Shown piece after piece: positions 55,130 to 64,000 of a stretch of DNA of 64,000 nt; the stretch's first letter is position 1, and every line of letters starts with the position of its first letter. A program made the position numbers and the translations under genes. The stretch is from Longimicrobiales bacterium (GTDB lineage: Bacteria; Gemmatimonadota; Gemmatimonadetes; Longimicrobiales; Gaopeijiaceae): contig CBDFMQ010000002.1 in NCBI GenBank assembly GCA_965249725.1, positions 800,001-864,000 on the forward strand, in the 5' to 3' direction. The notes beneath the pieces were generated by a model. The model was not told the DNA's origin and ran no database searches. It worked only from the letters and a program-made list of their open reading frames with translations.

Positions 55130-57733
55130 ATGAAACCCACCCCGTACCTCAGCCTGCTCCTTACCGGATTGGTGACCCCTGTTCTATCCGGTTGTGACGA
55201 CGCCGGCTCCGCCGTTCTCACGGAGCTGGGGATCTCCTGGGAGTTGGCGGAGCTCCGCTCAGCCACGCTCTCCGACGTCCGATACGATTATGAACTGCGG
55301 GTCCCAAAGGACGCCGCGTCGGCCTTGGAGGGGTCGGTGGTGGTCGACTTCGCGTGGAGTGACCCCGGGCGGACAGACGTCATCCTGGACTTCAAGGACC
55401 CCGGCGCCCGAGTGATCGCCGTTCGCGCCAACGGAAGTCCCGTGGACTGGAGGGCGGTGAACGATCACGTGGTCGTCGGTACGGAGGCCCTCGATGCGGA
55501 TTCACGAAATCGCATCGACATCGACTTCGTTGCCGGAGACGAGGCGCTCAACCGGAATCAGGGCTTCCTATATACGCTGTTCGTGCCCGACCGGGCGCAC
55601 TTCTCACTCCCGCTCTTCGATCAGCCGAACCTGAAGGGTCGGTTCACCCTCGCCCTCCACGTTCCCGAGGGTTGGGTCGCCGTGGCCAATGGGGAAGAGG
55701 TGTCCCGAACCGAGACGGCTGCGGGGGAGGGGGGCGCCCTCTACCACTTCGCCGAGACGGAGCCCATTCCGACCTATCTGTTCGCCTTTGCAGTCGGTGA
55801 CTTTCAGATCGAGACGGCAGAACGGGCCGGCCGTACCATGAGGATGTTCCACAGGGAGACGGACGACGAGAAGGTGACACGGAATCGCGAGGCCATCTTC
55901 GACCTGCATGGGGTCGCGTTGGATTGGCTCGAGGAGTACACGGGGATTCCGTATCCCTTCGGCAAGTTCGACTTCGTGCTTATTCCCCCGTTTCAGTACG
56001 GCGGCATGGAGCACCCCGGGTCGATCTTCTACCGCCAGGCGAGCCACATGCTGGACGAGTCGGCGACGCAGTCACAGTTCCTGGGCCGTGCCAGTGTGAT
56101 CGCCCACGAGACCGCCCATATGTGGTTCGGTGATTTGGTCACTATGAACTGGTTCGACGACGTCTGGACCAAAGAGGTGTTCGCCAACTTCATGGCGGCG
56201 AAGATCGTGCACCCGTCCTTCCCGGAAATCGATCACGACCTCCGCTTTTTTCTGGCCCACCACAACACGGCGTACGGCGTCGATCGGACGGACGGTGCCA
56301 ATCCCATTCGTCAGCCTCTGGAGAACCTGAGGGAGGCCGGGAGCCTGTATGGCGCGATCATCTACCAGAAGGCGCCGATCGTCATGCGACAGCTAGAGCT
56401 CCTGCTGGGTGAGGAGTTGTTCCGGGACGGCATGCGTGACTACCTCGACGCGTTTCGATACGGCAACGCGACCTGGCCCGATCTCATCGCGATTCTCGAT
56501 CGACGCTCGCATGCGGACCTGGCGGCCTGGACCCAGGTGTGGGTGGAGCAGCCTGGGCGACCCATCGTGGTCGCCGACATTCAGGAGGACGGCCAAGGCC
56601 GGGTCACAGGGCTCACGCTGGAGCAGCACGACCCCCAGGAACGCGATCGGGTCTGGCCGCAGAGACTCGAGGTGCTTCTGGCCTACGACGAGGAGACCCT
56701 GCGGGTACCGGTCGACCTAACCGGCCCCGCGGCTCCAGCGGGCGATTGGATCGGCCGCCCTCGCCCGCACTTCGTTCTCCCGAACGGTGCCGGCGTCGAG
56801 TATGGGCATTTCCATCTGGATTCCCTCAGCCTGGGATATCTCGTCGCCAACCTCCCGGGACTCGAGGATCCCATGATCAGAGGAATCGGGTGGGTGACGC
56901 TGTGGGACGCCGTCCTCGAAGGAGAGCTCGCCCCTACCGTCTGGATGGACCTGCTGCTGAGGGGGCTCGAGTCCGAGTCCGTCGAGCAGAATGTTCAGCG
57001 CATCCTGGGCTATGTGGGCACGGCCTTCTGGAGGCTGACGGGCACCGAGGAGCGACGGGAGTTGTCGTCGAGCCTGGAGGCCGCCTTGTGGGCGGGCATC
57101 GAAGGCACGGCTTCTCCGACGGTGGCCTCAGCTTACTTCAGAGCCTGGCGTGGCATCGTGATGTCCCCGGCGGGGGTCGACCGCCTGGAGCGAATCTGGG
57201 ACGAATCAGAGACGGTTCCAGGCGTGCCGTTATCCGAACCGGACTTCACGGCGCTTGCAGAGGCGCTTGCCGTGAGGGACGTACCCGATGTCGCGGGAAT
57301 CCTGGCGCGTCAGGCTGATCGCATCGAGAATCCCGACCGGAAGGCTCGCTTCGAGTTCATCCGTCCGGCGCTGTCCAGCGATCAAGGCGTCCGAGCGGCC
57401 TTCTTCGCAGACCTCAGTGATCCGACCAATCGCGAGCGTGAGCCGTGGGTGCGATCGGGGCTGGGGGCGCTGCACCACCCGCTTCGATCAGAACACTCGC
57501 GCCAGTTCATCCTCCCGAGCCTAGCCCTACTCGAGGAGATCCAGCGGACGGGTGACATCTTCTTTCCGAAGGGCTGGCTCGACTCCACCCTAGGCGGCCA
57601 CAACTCGCCGGAGGCCGCCGGCGTGGTCCGCGACTTCCTTGAAGGACTGGGACCCGAATATCCGGCGCGGCTACGTGGGAAGATCCTCCAGTCCGCGGAT
57701 ATGCTCTTCCGCGCGGCCGAGATCGCCCACTAG
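55130..57733 (+). CDS. M1-family aminopeptidase (PepN-like) lipoprotein
   Basis: LSGC lipobox, FDQP.LK, GGMEH, HETAHMWFGDLVT..W.KE, IYQK. Confidence 0.92.
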   Translation: MKPTPYLSLLLTGLVTPVLSGCDDAGSAVLTELGISWELAELRSATLSDVRYDYELRVPKDAASALEGSVVVDFAWSDPGRTDVILDFKDPGARVIAVRANGSPVDWRAVNDHVVVGTEALDADSRNRIDIDFVAGDEALNRNQGFLYTLFVPDRAHFSLPLFDQPNLKGRFTLALHVPEGWVAVANGEEVSRTETAAGEGGALYHFAETEPIPTYLFAFAVGDFQIETAERAGRTMRMFHRETDDEKVTRNREAIFDLHGVALDWLEEYTGIPYPFGKFDFVLIPPFQYGGMEHPGSIFYRQASHMLDESATQSQFLGRASVIAHETAHMWFGDLVTMNWFDDVWTKEVFANFMAAKIVHPSFPEIDHDLRFFLAHHNTAYGVDRTDGANPIRQPLENLREAGSLYGAIIYQKAPIVMRQLELLLGEELFRDGMRDYLDAFRYGNATWPDLIAILDRRSHADLAAWTQVWVEQPGRPIVVADIQEDGQGRVTGLTLEQHDPQERDRVWPQRLEVLLAYDEETLRVPVDLTGPAAPAGDWIGRPRPHFVLPNGAGVEYGHFHLDSLSLGYLVANLPGLEDPMIRGIGWVTLWDAVLEGELAPTVWMDLLLRGLESESVEQNVQRILGYVGTAFWRLTGTEERRELSSSLEAALWAGIEGTASPTVASAYFRAWRGIVMSPAGVDRLERIWDESETVPGVPLSEPDFTALAEALAVRDVPDVAGILARQADRIENPDRKARFEFIRPALSSDQGVRAAFFADLSDPTNREREPWVRSGLGALHHPLRSEHSRQFILPSLALLEEIQRTGDIFFPKGWLDSTLGGHNSPEAAGVVRDFLEGLGPEYPARLRGKILQSADMLFRAAEIAH

Positions 57734-57749
57734 GGACTCGTACTCCGGC

Positions 57750-58304
57750 CTAAAGTTTTGGCAGCGTGACCCCGACCTGATCCTGGTACTTCCCGTTCCG
57801 GTCTGCGTAGGCCACGGCAGGCTCCTCGTCACCCTCGAAGAAGAGGAGTTGGGCGATGCCCTCGCCGCCGTAGATCTTGGCCGGGAGTGGTGTGGTGTTC
57901 GAGATCTCCAGGGTCAGATATCCACACCAGGTGGGCTCCAGCGGAGTCACGTTCACGATGATGCCGCACCGAGCGTAGGTGCTCTTGCCGACACACACCA
58001 CGAGGACGTCCCGCGGAATCCGGAAGTACTCCTCGGTGCGGGCGAGCGCGAACGAGTTCGGTGGAATGATGCACTCTGCTTCGTTCACGTCGACGAAGGA
58101 GCGGTCATCGAAGTTCTTCGGATCGACGATGACGTTGTGCACGTTGGTGAAGACCTTGAATTCGGGGGCGACCCGGATGTCGTAACCGTAGGAGGAGAGG
58201 CCATACGAGATGTTGCCGTCCTTTACCTGAGCGGCTTCGAAGGGCTCGATCATGCCGTGTCCCTCGGCCATCCTACGGATCCAGTTGTCGCTCTTGATTG
58301 GCAT
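57750..58304 (-). CDS. dcd: dCTP deaminase
   Basis: [37 protein letters not shown]. Confidence 0.95.
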   Translation of the reverse strand: MPIKSDNWIRRMAEGHGMIEPFEAAQVKDGNISYGLSSYGYDIRVAPEFKVFTNVHNVIVDPKNFDDRSFVDVNEAECIIPPNSFALARTEEYFRIPRDVLVVCVGKSTYARCGIIVNVTPLEPTWCGYLTLEISNTTPLPAKIYGGEGIAQLLFFEGDEEPAVAYADRNGKYQDQVGVTLPKL

Positions 58305-58461
58305 GTCGGTGTGACTCGGGGTGGTGTGAGTGAGGCAGCTGTCGCGAGAACGATGGCTCAGAGGGGGAGAAGATACCCCTCTTGGCAAGGGGGTGGACGC
58401 TCAAAATACGACGGCATGGGACGGTACTGCAAACCGGGCTCTTTTGGGTACGGAACGCGGG

Positions 58462-58491
58462 TTGACACCCCTTCGAGCCTTGGAATACCTT
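58462..58491 (+). promoter_or_regulatory. Putative sigma70 promoter of the nuo operon
   Basis: TTGACA-18 nt-TACCTT. Confidence 0.55.
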
Positions 58492-58503
58492 TCGGCGTCC
58501 TAC

Positions 58504-58521
58504 AAGTGAACGATTTCACAA
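58504..58521. promoter_or_regulatory. Rex-like operator
   Basis: AAGTGAA-CGAT-TTCACAA versus the Rex consensus TTGTGAA-N4-TTCACAA, between promoter and nuoA. Confidence 0.65.
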
Positions 58522-58540
58522 GCGACCCCACAAGGCTGCC

Positions 58541-58897
58541 ATGTCGGGATCATACATCCCGCTTTTGATCCTTTTCGGCGTGTCGGTCATCAACGCGCTT
58601 GGAATGGGCATCGCCTCCCACATTCTCAACCCCAGGCGACCCACTCCTCACAAGGATATGCCCTACGAGTCGGGCATGATTCCCCTGGGTGATGCGCGCG
58701 CCCGCTTCTCGGTGAAGTTCTACCTGGTGGCCATCAGCTTCATCGTTTTCGATCTGGAGACGATCTTTCTCATCCCTTGGGCCGTTGAAATGCGGGAGCT
58801 CGGCTGGGGCGCATTCGTTGCAGTCAGCATGTTCGTGGCAGTGCTTGCCATGGGACTCATCTACGAGTGGAAAAAGGGAGGACTGGAATGGGACTGA
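58541..58897 (+). CDS. nuoA: NADH-quinone oxidoreductase subunit A
   Basis: [28 protein letters not shown]. Confidence 0.95.
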   Translation: MSGSYIPLLILFGVSVINALGMGIASHILNPRRPTPHKDMPYESGMIPLGDARARFSVKFYLVAISFIVFDLETIFLIPWAVEMRELGWGAFVAVSMFVAVLAMGLIYEWKKGGLEWD

Positions 58898-59604
58898 GCG
58901 ACGGCGATTCGCGCGATCCGAACGTGGCGGACGCACAGGCGTTGGGGCAATCGGGTGGCGACAAGGCGGGCCTGATGGGTGCCGGCGGCCCGACCTTTCT
59001 GACCACCAAGGTCGACTTCGTGGTGAACTGGGCGCGGCGGAATTCGCTGTGGCCCATGCCGTTCGGCACGGCTTGTTGCGCCATCGAGATGATGGCGTCG
59101 GCTGCTTCCGACTTCGACCTCGCGCGCTTCGGTATGGAGCGCATGTCGTTCAGCCCTCGTCAGGCCGACGTGCTGATCTGTGCCGGCCGAGTGCCCTACA
59201 AGCTGGCCCCGGTCCTTCGACGGATCTATGACCAGATGATGCAGCCCAAGTGGGTCGTCTCGATGGGTGCATGCGCGAGTTCGGGTGGGGTGTTCGACAC
59301 CTACTCCATGGTGCAGGGAATCGACACCATCATTCCCGTCGACGTCTACGTGCCTGGATGTCCGCCTCGGCCCGAGGGACTCATCTACGGACTCATGATG
59401 ATCCAGGAGAAGATCCGGGGTGAGAGCATCACTCGGCATCATGAGCTCCGGGCGGAGGATCCCGCGCTGGTCGGTCTCCCGAAGGCGAGCGGTGAAGAGG
59501 TCGCTGCTCTCTCGGGCCCGTTCGGCAATTCCACCCAACAGGACCGCCTCGCAGGCCTCGCTCAGACCAAGCGTCCGAGCCGGTCCGAGGATCTGATTCC
59601 TTAG
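58888..59604 (+). CDS. nuoB: NADH-quinone oxidoreductase subunit B
   Basis: [33 protein letters not shown]. Confidence 0.95.
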   Translation: MGLSDGDSRDPNVADAQALGQSGGDKAGLMGAGGPTFLTTKVDFVVNWARRNSLWPMPFGTACCAIEMMASAASDFDLARFGMERMSFSPRQADVLICAGRVPYKLAPVLRRIYDQMMQPKWVVSMGACASSGGVFDTYSMVQGIDTIIPVDVYVPGCPPRPEGLIYGLMMIQEKIRGESITRHHELRAEDPALVGLPKASGEEVAALSGPFGNSTQQDRLAGLAQTKRPSRSEDLIP

Positions 59605-59614
59605 GCGGCCCGGC

Positions 59615-60316
59615 ATGGCAGAAGACAACGGTTCTGCGTTCGATGCGGTGGAGCAGGGGCCTGAGGCCTCGGACGCTCCTACCGAGGCTCCCAAGGGGAC
59701 CGCGGAACACGGCCTCGACCACCCGTCCGTCGTCGCTCTGAAAGACGAGTTCGGTGGGGCGGTCCTCCATCACGAGGTGCAGGCCGGCGACCAGCATGTG
59801 GTGTTCATCGAACCCACTCGCAACGCCGAGGTTCTCGGCTGGCTGCAAGAGACGGAGGACCAGGCATACGATCTGTTGGTGGACGTCACCGCCGTCGACT
59901 ACGGTGAAGGGCGTCCCATCCAGGTGGTCTACCAGCTCTGGTCGGTGACGCACCGGCGCGCGCTGCGGATCAAGTGCGAACTCGAGCTCGAGGCATTGAC
60001 CATCGAGAGTGCGGTGTCGATCTGGAACTCGGCCAACTGGCTCGAGCGTGAGGTCTTTGATCTGTTCGGAGTCGAGTTCACCGGACATCCCGATCTTCGT
60101 CGGATCTTGATGCCACAGAACTACGCCGAGGGATACCCTCTGAGGAAGGATTTCCCACTCAGGGGACGCTTCTCACGGGCTGAACAGACGAAGCGCGCCC
60201 TGTCTCAGGACTATCACGACTACTACACGCCTGAAGTGCTCGAGATGGGCGGCGATCCGGGACTCCTTCCTCCGGAGCCCGACGAGCCGGACAAGGACAT
60301 CGAGGAGGCCTCGTGA
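59615..60316 (+). CDS. nuoC: NADH-quinone oxidoreductase subunit C
   Basis: ANWLEREVFDLFG..F.GHPDLRRIL, PLRKDFP. Confidence 0.95.
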   Translation: MAEDNGSAFDAVEQGPEASDAPTEAPKGTAEHGLDHPSVVALKDEFGGAVLHHEVQAGDQHVVFIEPTRNAEVLGWLQETEDQAYDLLVDVTAVDYGEGRPIQVVYQLWSVTHRRALRIKCELELEALTIESAVSIWNSANWLEREVFDLFGVEFTGHPDLRRILMPQNYAEGYPLRKDFPLRGRFSRAEQTKRALSQDYHDYYTPEVLEMGGDPGLLPPEPDEPDKDIEEAS

Positions 60317-61512
60317 CCGACATTGCGGCCGTGGAGCCCGTTCTCGGCTCCGAGCACATGCTCATCAACCTCGGGCCGCAGCACCCCGCCACGCACGGAG
60401 TACTCCGCCTGATTTGCGAGCTCGACGGTGAGACCGTGATCAAGGTCATGCCCGACATCGGCTTTCTGCACTCGTCCTTCGAGAAGCTCGGGGAGTACCG
60501 GACGTGGAACCAGATCGTCCCCCTGACCGATCGCATGGACTACCTGGCGCCGCTCATCTACAACTGCGTCTACGTGATGGCCGTCGAGAAGCTCATGGGG
60601 CTCGAGGTTACCGAGCGGTGCAAGGTCGTCCGAGTGATCTGCATGGAGTTGGATCGGATCTTCAGTCACCTGCTGTGGCTCGGGACCACCGCCATCGATG
60701 TCGGAGCGTTCACTCCGTTCCTTTACGCTTTCCAGGAACGTGAACGCATCTACAAGATGCACGAGTCGTTTACGGGAGCGCGCATCACGACGTCGGCGAC
60801 GCGAATCGGTGGCATGATGGCCGATCTTCCCGACGGGTGGACCGAGACGCTAAAGGATTTCCTGAACACGTTCCCGGACACCCTGGACGAAATCGACTCG
60901 CTTCTCACGACCAACGGGATTCACCTCGGCCGCACACTCGACGTGGGCGTCATCTCTGCCGAGGACGCGATCAACTACGGCTTCACGGGTCCCAATCTGC
61001 GGGCCTCGGGTCCGACCTACGATATCCGGAAGGATCAGCCGTACTACGACTACGAGACCTACGACTTCGAGGTGCCCGTAGGAGAGAACGGTGACTGCTA
61101 CGACCGCTATCTGGTTCGCATGGAAGAGATGCGCCAGAGCATGAAGATCCTCCACCAGGCCCTGGATCGACTTCCCGACGGCCCGATCAACGTGGACGAC
61201 CCTCGGGTGTCTCTACCCAGCAAGACCGACTGCATGAGCGACATGGAGTCGATGATCCACCACTTCAAGCTGATCACGGAAGGCATCGCTGTGCCTGCGG
61301 GCGACTGCTACTTCGCGGTGGAAGGCTCCAAGGGCGAGCTGGGCATGTACGTGGTAAGCGACGGTGGCGAGAAGCCGGTGCGGTGGAGGATTCGACCGCC
61401 GTCCTTCGTCAATCTCTCGGTGATCTCCAAGTTGGCCGAGGGCCACTTGATCGCCGACCTGATCATGATCAACGCCAGCCTGGACATCGTTCTGGGCGAG
61501 ATCGACCGATGA
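60313..61512 (+). CDS. nuoD: NADH-quinone oxidoreductase subunit D
   Basis: NLGPQHPATHGVLR, DRMDY, GDCYDRY, DIVLGEIDR. Confidence 0.96.
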   Translation: MTDIAAVEPVLGSEHMLINLGPQHPATHGVLRLICELDGETVIKVMPDIGFLHSSFEKLGEYRTWNQIVPLTDRMDYLAPLIYNCVYVMAVEKLMGLEVTERCKVVRVICMELDRIFSHLLWLGTTAIDVGAFTPFLYAFQERERIYKMHESFTGARITTSATRIGGMMADLPDGWTETLKDFLNTFPDTLDEIDSLLTTNGIHLGRTLDVGVISAEDAINYGFTGPNLRASGPTYDIRKDQPYYDYETYDFEVPVGENGDCYDRYLVRMEEMRQSMKILHQALDRLPDGPINVDDPRVSLPSKTDCMSDMESMIHHFKLITEGIAVPAGDCYFAVEGSKGELGMYVVSDGGEKPVRWRIRPPSFVNLSVISKLAEGHLIADLIMINASLDIVLGEIDR

Positions 61513-62198
61513 GCGATATCCCGTTCAAGAATGCCGGCTGGGCCGGCAACACCGGTGAGTACGATCTCACCGAGGAGCAGGTTCGGGGGCTCGACTTCGT
61601 CGGCGTGCGTCCGCTGGAGGGCGGTCATGCAGCCGGCGCGTCGAGCTATCCCTACATGCTCGAAGAGAAGCACCCCGACGCGCCCCTCTTCGAGGGTCCG
61701 TATCAGGAGCGTTTCGAGAAAATCCTGACGCGCTATCCGGATCGGCAGGCGGCCCTGCTGCCCGCCCTCAATCTCGCCCAAGAGGTTCGAGGGCACGTGT
61801 CTCCGGAGACGATGGATCGGGTGGCGGAGCTGCTCGATTTGTCGGCGGCCTACGTCCGGGGCGTCGCCACGTTCTACACCATGTACAACAAGCGGCCCGT
61901 GGGGCGGTACCTCATCCAGGTCTGCACGAACATCAGCTGCAATCTGTGTGGTGGTGAGGACGTGTTGGGGGCGTTTCTGAAGTACACCGACACCGAGTTG
62001 GGGGAGACGTCTCCGGACGGGGACTTTACGACTATCGAGGCGGAATGTCTGGCGGGGTGCGGTTTCCCGACCTGTGTCCAGATCAATTCCAGGTACTTCG
62101 AGAACGTGACCCCCGCCGACGTACCCAAGATTCTCGAGGCGTTGAGGAGTGAGAACGGCGGTGGCCCGTCCTCCGGATCCGAGGGAGGGGGAGACTAG
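61509..62198 (+). CDS. nuoE: NADH-quinone oxidoreductase subunit E
   Basis: VATFYTMY, VCTNISC, ECLAGC; ATGA overlap with nuoD. Confidence 0.93.
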   Translation: MSDIPFKNAGWAGNTGEYDLTEEQVRGLDFVGVRPLEGGHAAGASSYPYMLEEKHPDAPLFEGPYQERFEKILTRYPDRQAALLPALNLAQEVRGHVSPETMDRVAELLDLSAAYVRGVATFYTMYNKRPVGRYLIQVCTNISCNLCGGEDVLGAFLKYTDTELGETSPDGDFTTIEAECLAGCGFPTCVQINSRYFENVTPADVPKILEALRSENGGGPSSGSEGGGD

Positions 62199-62200
62199 GT

Positions 62201-63493
62201 ATGGGCTATCCCTATAGTCACGAGAAGGAAGTCCAGATTCTCTCCAAGTACTTCGGTGATCCGGAGGCTCGCACCCTTGAGGGCTGGAAGGCACGGGGTG
62301 GATACGAGTCGTTGAAGAAGGCTCTGGACATGACGCCCGAGGAGGTCATTGAGACCGTAAAGGCCTCGGGCCTGCGAGGCCGGGGTGGGGCGGGATTTCC
62401 GACGGGGCTGAAGTGGAGTTTCATGCCCAAGGACAAATCCAAGTCCCACTACCTGCTGTGCAACGCCGACGAGTCGGAGCCCGGCACGTTCAAGGATCGC
62501 GAGTTGCTTCGCTGGGTCCCTCACCAACTCATTGAGGGATGTGCCATCGCGGCTTACGGGATGGGCGCGGAGCACACCTATATCTACTGCCGTGGCGAGT
62601 TCTTCGAGGCCACTCAGGTTCTCGCCCGTGCCGTGGAAGACGCTTATGAGGCCGGGATCCTGGGCGAGGACGCGATGGGCTCCGGTCAGATTATCGATCT
62701 GACGGTGCATGTCGGGGCCGGAGCCTACATCTGTGGGGAAGAGACCGGCCTCATGAGCTCCTTGGAGGGTCGTCGGGGCCTGCCGCGAGTGAAGCCGCCC
62801 TTCCCGGCGGCCGTCGGTGCGTTCGGCATGCCCACGACCATCAACAACGTCGAGACCCTGTGTGCCATTCCGCCCATCGTGGAACACGGTGGGGAGTGGT
62901 ACAAGCAGTGGGGCACCGAGCAGAGTCCCGGCACCAAGTTGTTCTGCGTGAGCGGCCACGTGAATCGGCCGGGCAACTATGAGCTTCCGCTGGGCTTTCC
63001 GCTGAAGGAGTTGATCTACGACGTCTGCGGTGGGATCCCCGAGGGCCGCGCCCTCAAGGCCGTGATCCCCGGAGGCAGTTCGGTGCCTCTCCTGTCGGCT
63101 GAGGAATGCGAGACATGTGAACTCTCTTACGAGGGTGTGGAAGAGGCCGGTTCCATGCTGGGTTGCGCCTCGGTCATCGTGATGGACGAGACGACCGACG
63201 TGGTGCACCAGGTCATGCGGATGGCGTCGTTCTACGCACACGAGTCCTGCGGACAGTGTACGCCCTGCCGAGAGGGGACCACCTGGGTCACCAAGATCCT
63301 TCTCCGCATCGAAGACGGACGCGGCACCGAAGAGGATCTGGATACGCTCATCGAGCTGACGGACCAGATGACCGGTACGACCATCTGTGTGCTTTCGGAT
63401 TCGGTGGCGGCCCCCGTTCAGTCTTCCATCGCGAAGTTCAAGGACGAGTACCTGGCGTTGATCCGCCGAGGTGAGCGGGTGGGGGCCGCGTAG
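62201..63493 (+). CDS. nuoF: NADH-quinone oxidoreductase subunit F
   Basis: GRGGAGFPTG.KW, NADESEPG, GAYICGEET, ESCGQCTPCREG. Confidence 0.96.
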   Translation: MGYPYSHEKEVQILSKYFGDPEARTLEGWKARGGYESLKKALDMTPEEVIETVKASGLRGRGGAGFPTGLKWSFMPKDKSKSHYLLCNADESEPGTFKDRELLRWVPHQLIEGCAIAAYGMGAEHTYIYCRGEFFEATQVLARAVEDAYEAGILGEDAMGSGQIIDLTVHVGAGAYICGEETGLMSSLEGRRGLPRVKPPFPAAVGAFGMPTTINNVETLCAIPPIVEHGGEWYKQWGTEQSPGTKLFCVSGHVNRPGNYELPLGFPLKELIYDVCGGIPEGRALKAVIPGGSSVPLLSAEECETCELSYEGVEEAGSMLGCASVIVMDETTDVVHQVMRMASFYAHESCGQCTPCREGTTWVTKILLRIEDGRGTEEDLDTLIELTDQMTGTTICVLSDSVAAPVQSSIAKFKDEYLALIRRGERVGAA

Positions 63494-63497
63494 CGCC

Positions 63498-64000
63498 ATG
63501 GCCGAGAACGGATCGAACATCGAGCACGTCACGCTGACGATAGACGGCCAGGAAGTGAGCGTCCCCAAGGGGACGACGATCCTCCAAGCTGCGCAGGGCA
63601 TGGGGACCGAAGTCCCTCACTACTGCTACCACCCCGGGCTCTCCTCTCCGGCCATGTGCCGGCTTTGCCTGGTGGAGGTCGAGGGCGCACCCAAGCTTTT
63701 GCCGTCCTGCACAACCCAGGTGGCTCCCAACCAGGTCGTGCACACCGACAGTGAACAAGCGCATCGGATGCGGACTGGGGTGCTCGAGTTCTATCTGGTG
63801 AACCACCCGTTGGACTGTCCGATCTGCGATCAGTCGGGCGAATGCGAGCTCCAGGACTACGTCTTCGAAGAGGGCCGGGAGCACGGTCGGGGACGCGAGC
63901 CGAAGCGCGTGTTCGGTCGCGACGACTTCGGCGGTGACGTGCTCTTCTACGGCGACCGCTGCGTCATGTGCACGCGGTGCGTTCGTTTCATGAACGAGAT
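63498..64000 (+). CDS. nuoG: NADH-quinone oxidoreductase subunit G (runs off window)
   Basis: Own translation from ATG 63498: PHYCYHP, CRLCLVE, NHPLDCPICDQSGECELQ, RCVMCTRCVRF. Confidence 0.93.
   Translation, partial: MAENGSNIEHVTLTIDGQEVSVPKGTTILQAAQGMGTEVPHYCYHPGLSSPAMCRLCLVEVEGAPKLLPSCTTQVAPNQVVHTDSEQAHRMRTGVLEFYLVNHPLDCPICDQSGECELQDYVFEEGREHGRGREPKRVFGRDDFGGDVLFYGDRCVMCTRCVRFMNE

Noticed and set aside
53371..55266. 631-aa minus-strand ORF as one protein
   Set aside because: Its N-terminal half is an off-frame read through tag; only the last ~354 aa are the YheT-like hydrolase.

Overview
High-GC bacterial chromosome segment. The 16S sequence and gene repertoire suggest Gemmatimonadota, but this is an impression from reading, not a database match. 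Core regions: a MoxR/DUF58/vWA operon, M20 peptidase, folK-folP fusion and OsmC-hydrolase (1-10.2 kb); tRNA-His and a complete tRNA-less 16S-23S-5S operon (10.3-16.1 kb); outer-membrane genes, era and a 3'-truncated rnr (16.4-23.8 kb); frdABCD (36.6-39.9 kb); a very large IS-interrupted surface lipoprotein (41.9-48.8 kb); mixed housekeeping genes and nuoA-G with a Rex-like operator (49-64 kb). The main unannotated structure is at 24.05-30.2 kb: six near-identical ~100-bp attC sites define an integron cassette array with no integrase in the window. It carries three toxin-antitoxin cassettes, a kinase-like gene, a membrane protein and an unusually large 2.36-kb cassette for a PQQ/heme-c alcohol dehydrogenase. 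It is followed by a truncated IS481 and the right arm of an integrative phage-like element (initiator with iteron-like repeats, an apparently split and permuted DnaB, excisionase-like gene, lipoprotein) ending in a tRNA-Arg(TCT) 3'-half att site. Several abrupt mid-gene junctions and many indels indicate either real deletions or assembly/consensus errors; sequence alone cannot separate these.
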